DNA of 64,000 bases from Eledone cirrhosa. Taxonomy: Eukaryota. A program made the translations under genes and the position numbers. Positions 59,515-64,000 of the stretch are shown in pieces. Under the pieces are notes generated by a model. The model was not told the DNA's origin, made no database searches, and worked only from the letters and a program-made list of their open reading frames with translations. Where the stretch lies: positions 225,804,001-225,868,000 of the forward strand of contig OZ024741.1 of NCBI GenBank assembly GCA_964016885.1, in the 5' to 3' direction. The number at the start of each line of letters is the position of its first letter. The stretch's first letter is position 1.

Positions 59515-59542
59515 AACAAAAGATGGTTAAAAGAGTTCCATG

Positions 59543-59613
59543 TATTTTATTATGCGCATTTCAAAAACAAATATCATCATGCAATAATATTTGTGTTTTC
59601 ATCAGATAAAACA
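59543..59613 (-). ncRNA. Type I HHR (mirror copy)
   Basis: Reverse complement of 59990-60060. Confidence 0.83.
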
Positions 59614-59989
59614 GTAGGACATGATATGAAGGTTAAAAAACACTTGTGGATAGTGCAGTTTTAAATCAACATATGAGAAGTAGTTTTAGATTGATGTGTG
59701 ATATTGGGAAAATATTTTATTTAGAGGGGGGGTGGTGGAAATGATGAAAAAAAGAAGGAGATGAGAGTGAAGGCTATCACCCATCTCTCCTCCTATCTCA
59801 TCCTTCCTCATTATACTCCTCCCTCTCCACCTTCACTCTCATCTCCTTCTTTTTTTCATCCTTTCCACACCCCCCCTCTAAATAAAATATTTTTCCCAAT
59901 ATCACACATCAATCTAAAACTACTTCTCATATGTTGATTTAAAACTGAACTATCCACAAGTGTTTTTTAACCTTCATATCATGTCCTCC

Positions 59990-60060
59990 TGTTTTATCTG
60001 ATGAAAACACAAATATTATTGCATGATGATATTTGTTTTTGAAATGCGCATAATAAAATA
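59990..60060 (+). ncRNA. Type I HHR
   Basis: tgttttat CTGATGA aaac-acaaatattatt-gc-atgatgatatttgt-tttt GAAA tgcgca TA ataaaata. Predicted cleavage after 60052. Confidence 0.87.
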
Positions 60061-60183
60061 CATGGAACTCTTTTAACCATCTTTTGTTCTTATATATTAT
60101 GTATACTCCAGTCCTACAAACTGTAGAGTGCTTCTTATCCGATATCTGCATTGCTTTATTGTACTACAATAAAACTCACCTCC

Positions 60184-60218
<35 letters not shown>

Positions 60219-60552
60219 GCACACACACATATATATATGTGTGTACATGCCCACACATACACAATATATATATATATATATAAATTTATGCGATGTCTGA
60301 AATATGTAACCGTGATACGTTAGCCAGATAAATTATGTATTATAAATACCTTAGCCAGTTGATCAAATCTGCCGAATAACTCGTTCAGAATCCTCACTAA
60401 CTCTTGGGCAGTGCATTGAGAAGCGAGAGCGGTAAAGCCAACGATGTCTGCAAACAGAATGCTGCAAAATACAAAGAAGAGAATAAAACAACAATAATAA
60501 TAATGAGGGTTTACTTTCTAGGCAGAAGATCAGCAATTTTAAGAAATAAATA

Positions 60553-62240
60553 ATTGTTTCTACTTTAGGCACAAGGCCAGCAAATACCGAGTGCATTACT
60601 GGTACTTTATTTTATCGACCCCGTAAGGATGAAAGGCAAAGTCAACCTCGGCGGGATTTGAACTCAGATCGTAAAGGGACGTAACTATGCTGGAAAGCAT
60701 GGCGTCAAACCCTCTACCGATACTGCCAATCCACCGCCCTATAGAAAATTATGAAATGGAGACAAAATGAAAAAAATAAGAGAATTCTTTTTAACAGTGG
60801 CACACGGTCAGGAATTTGTGAGAAAGGTAAACATGATTATATCAACTTCAGTATTTGATTGGTACTTTATGCTATCGACCCCGGAAGGATGAAAGGTAAC
60901 CTTTAATCCTTCCTTTTTGACCTCGGTAGAATTTGCACTCAGAATATAACGAATAGAAACAAATGCCGGAAGTCAGTTTATCCAACGCTGTAATGATTCT
61001 GCCAATAAACGACCCAAACAATAATAAGGATTTCTAATTTAGTCGCAAGAACTGTAATTTATAAGGCGGGGGAAAGTTGGTTATATCGACGCCATTATTT
61101 GACTGGTACAAAGGCGGTGGATTAGCAGTATCGGTAGAGGATCGGACGCCATGCTTTTCGGCATAGAGTTAGGACCCTTTACGTTCTGAGTTCAAATCCT
61201 ACCGAGGTTAGCTTTGTCTTTCATCCTTACGAGGTTTCCCCTCTCACAAAATTACTGGCCTTGTGCCTAAATCTGAAACCACTGTTTTTATTTATTGTAT
61301 GGGTGTATTGGGAGAATCGTTAGAGCGTCGGATAAAATGCATTGCTCGTCCCTGAGTTCAAATACCACAAAGGTCAACTTTGCCATTCACCCTTCCAGCT
61401 TCAATAAAGTACCAGTCAAATAGTACCAGTAACACACTGGGGTCGATTTAATCGACTTTCCCCTCCCCAAAAATTGCTCGTGTTGTGCCTATATAAGAAA
61501 TCATTATTTGACTGGTACTTTATTGAAGCTGGAAGGGTGAATGGCAAAGTTGACCTTTGGGGTATTTGAACTCAGGGACGAGCAATGCATTTTATCCGAC
61601 GCTCTAACGATTCTCCCAATACACCCATACTATAAATAAAAACAGTGGTTTCAGATTTAGGCACAAGGCCAGTAATTTTGTGAGAGGGGAAATCGATTAA
61701 ATCGACCCCAGTGCGTTACTGGTGCCTTAGTTATCGACCTCGTAAGGATGAAAGACAAAGTTAACCACGGTGGAATTTAAACTCATACCGTAAAGGGTAA
61801 TACCTCTATGTCGAAAAGCATGGTGTCTGACGCTCTACCGAGACTATCAATAATAAAAATTGTTTCTACTTTTGGCACAAAACCAGCAATTTTTCCAGTG
61901 TATTACTGGTACTTTATTTTATCGACCCCGTAAGGAAGAAAGGCAAAGTTAACCTCGGCGGGATTTGAACTCATACCATAAAGGACCGTAACTCTTTGCT
62001 CCAAATCATGGCGTCAGACCCTCTACCGATACTGCCAATCCACTGCCCATTGTCAATAATAATAATTGTTTCTACTTTAGGCACAAGGCCAGCAATTAAC
62101 CAGTGCATTACTGGTACTTTATTTTATCGACCCCGTAAGGATGAAAGGCAAAGTTAACCTCGGCGAGATTTGAACTCAGACCGTAAAGGGACGTAACTAT
62201 GCTGGAAAGCATGACGTCCGACTCTCTACCGATACTGCCA
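60553..62240. mobile_element. Dense, partly nested array of Deu/Nin-like SINEs
   Basis: Repeated TTTATCGACCCCGTAAGGATGAAAGGCAAAG and GGATTTGAACTC motifs on both strands. Confidence 0.8.
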
Positions 62241-62830
62241 ATAATAATAATGATTTCTAATTTAAGTACAAAGTCGAAAAGTTTTTTATGAACATTTTTA
62301 GTGAAATGTTGAAAAAAGTTTTTATGTGAAGAGAAACATTTTCGAGACTACTTTTTCGAAATCTTCAGGTATGAGGAAATATTCAATAGATTATTTTTAC
62401 CAGATTCTACATATTTCTAACGCAAGTGTAGGTTGAGCACTAAACGTTCTTTTTTTTTTTGCATGATTACATTGGCAGCAGACCAGGAATATATAACTTG
62501 TTATACAGTCGTCTGAAATATTGACTAAGAGAAAACATATACCTCACTGGCATACATATTATCAAACTAAAAATTTCCTACAAATCTTGCTCAAATCTAA
62601 CCCTGACATTGTAATAAAGGCTTCGACACGAAAACATATACGCAATGCATTTAATCATGTCTATTAATTCAAGAATATTTTATAGAGTTACAGTTTACAG
62701 TGACAAGGGCAAGAACAACATCAGCCAACATGCAAGCATCTTCTAGAAATAGCTATTAAATCTCTCCTCAAAACACAGCATAACATATTAAAATAAGAAG
62801 TACATGTGAGATAAAGTGGTTCAAGTTGCA

Positions 62831-62965
62831 TCACGGAAATAATTGTTTCTACTTTTGGCACAAGGCCAGCAATTACCCAGTGTATTACTGGTACTTTATT
62901 TTATCGACCCCGTAAGGATGAAAGGCAAAGTTAACCTCGGCGGGATTTGAACTCACGGAAATAAT
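62831..62965 (-). mobile_element. 5'-truncated SINE with a 13-bp target-site duplication
   Basis: tcacggaaataat at 62831-62843 and again at 62953-62965. Confidence 0.8.
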
Positions 62966-63302
62966 ATGGGAAAGATGGGCACGGCCAGCTACATTGATAC
63001 TCACACACCAATCAGAACAGCATTATAAAATGTATGTTAGTCAGTGAACTATTGTGTTTTTGTTTTATTTTTCCTCATCTGAACCAGACTTAATAGAATT
63101 GTTAGTAGTAAGAATGAGAGCAGCGTCCCAATAAGTAAAATATAACAAACCCCAGCATTCCTCTCATTTGCAGACAGTGAATATAGAGTCAGAATGTTGA
63201 GTTAGAGAAAAGGCCAGAAGGTCAGTTTTCAGTGCCAATGAATAAATGTGTTGTAAGTATATAAATATAAACGTAGTCATTCTGTATTTTATATATATAT
63301 AT

Positions 63303-63388
<86 letters not shown>

Positions 63389-63588
63389 CTTTGTGTATGT
63401 ATGTATGTATATATCTATCCACACACACACACACACATATATATATGTGTGCGTGTGTATGTATATATCTATACACACACAACACACATATATATATATA
63501 TGCCTATATAGCATAAAGCAGTGGGATGTTTAGCAACTTACATACCACGATGAGTGAACAGTATTTCGTTAATGAGAGAGAGAGGGAG

Positions 63589-63631
<43 letters not shown>

Positions 63632-64000
63632 ACAAAAGATAGCTCAAGAACTATTGTTTCGTGTTTATTTGTTTTCCATCATCTGTGGCTTCAGAGTTTA
63701 ATATAATAGAGAAGGTGAACGAGGGAGTAAGGTGGGGAGAAAAGGAAGACACAGATGGACAGATACTCAGACAGATATACAGATACATAGAGTGATAGAG
63801 GGATATACATATATGCAGATAGGAAGACAGACAGATAGACAGATAGATAGACAAACAAACAAAGATGGAAAGCACGAAGGAAATAAATAAAGAAAGAAAA
63901 TAGAAAGAAAGTAACAAAGGATGGAGAGAAGAAATTAAGATTAGAACAAATTCTTTCTAAGAAAATGATCTAGAAATAACTGAGTTAAAGTCTTCATATA

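Larger units (their letters stand above)
59511..60186 (+). mobile_element. Fold-back insert family D with an HHR in each arm
   Basis: Arms of about 263 bp at 59511-59773 and 59830-60092, with (TA)n flanks. Confidence 0.8.

Overview
AT-rich, repeat-dense eukaryotic DNA, probably octopus or another cephalopod (inferred from the SINE types and very long (TA)n tracts). The only host-gene sequence I can find is one 128-bp minus-strand exon of a transmembrane adenylyl cyclase (44729-44856), so most of the window is probably intron. At 1.4-9.2 kb there are three tandem Tx1/L1-clade non-LTR retrotransposon copies, each bounded by (ATCT)n. tRNA-derived SINEs, RTE remnants and Tc1/mariner-type MITEs are scattered throughout. 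The main signal is about 14 complete or near-complete type I hammerhead ribozyme (HHR) motifs plus several half-motifs, from many sequence families. They lie in short (TA)n-embedded inserts or downstream of Penelope-like element (PLE) GIY-YIG fragments. Most have a palindromic stem III. Some have a very long stem II or a recurring variant core (CCGANGA). Many inserts are fold-back or inverted structures whose junctions point to cDNA self-priming or twin priming at (TA)n targets. Nearly all YIYI/THTH ORFs are microsatellite artefacts. All motifs were found by eye; nothing was computed or searched.
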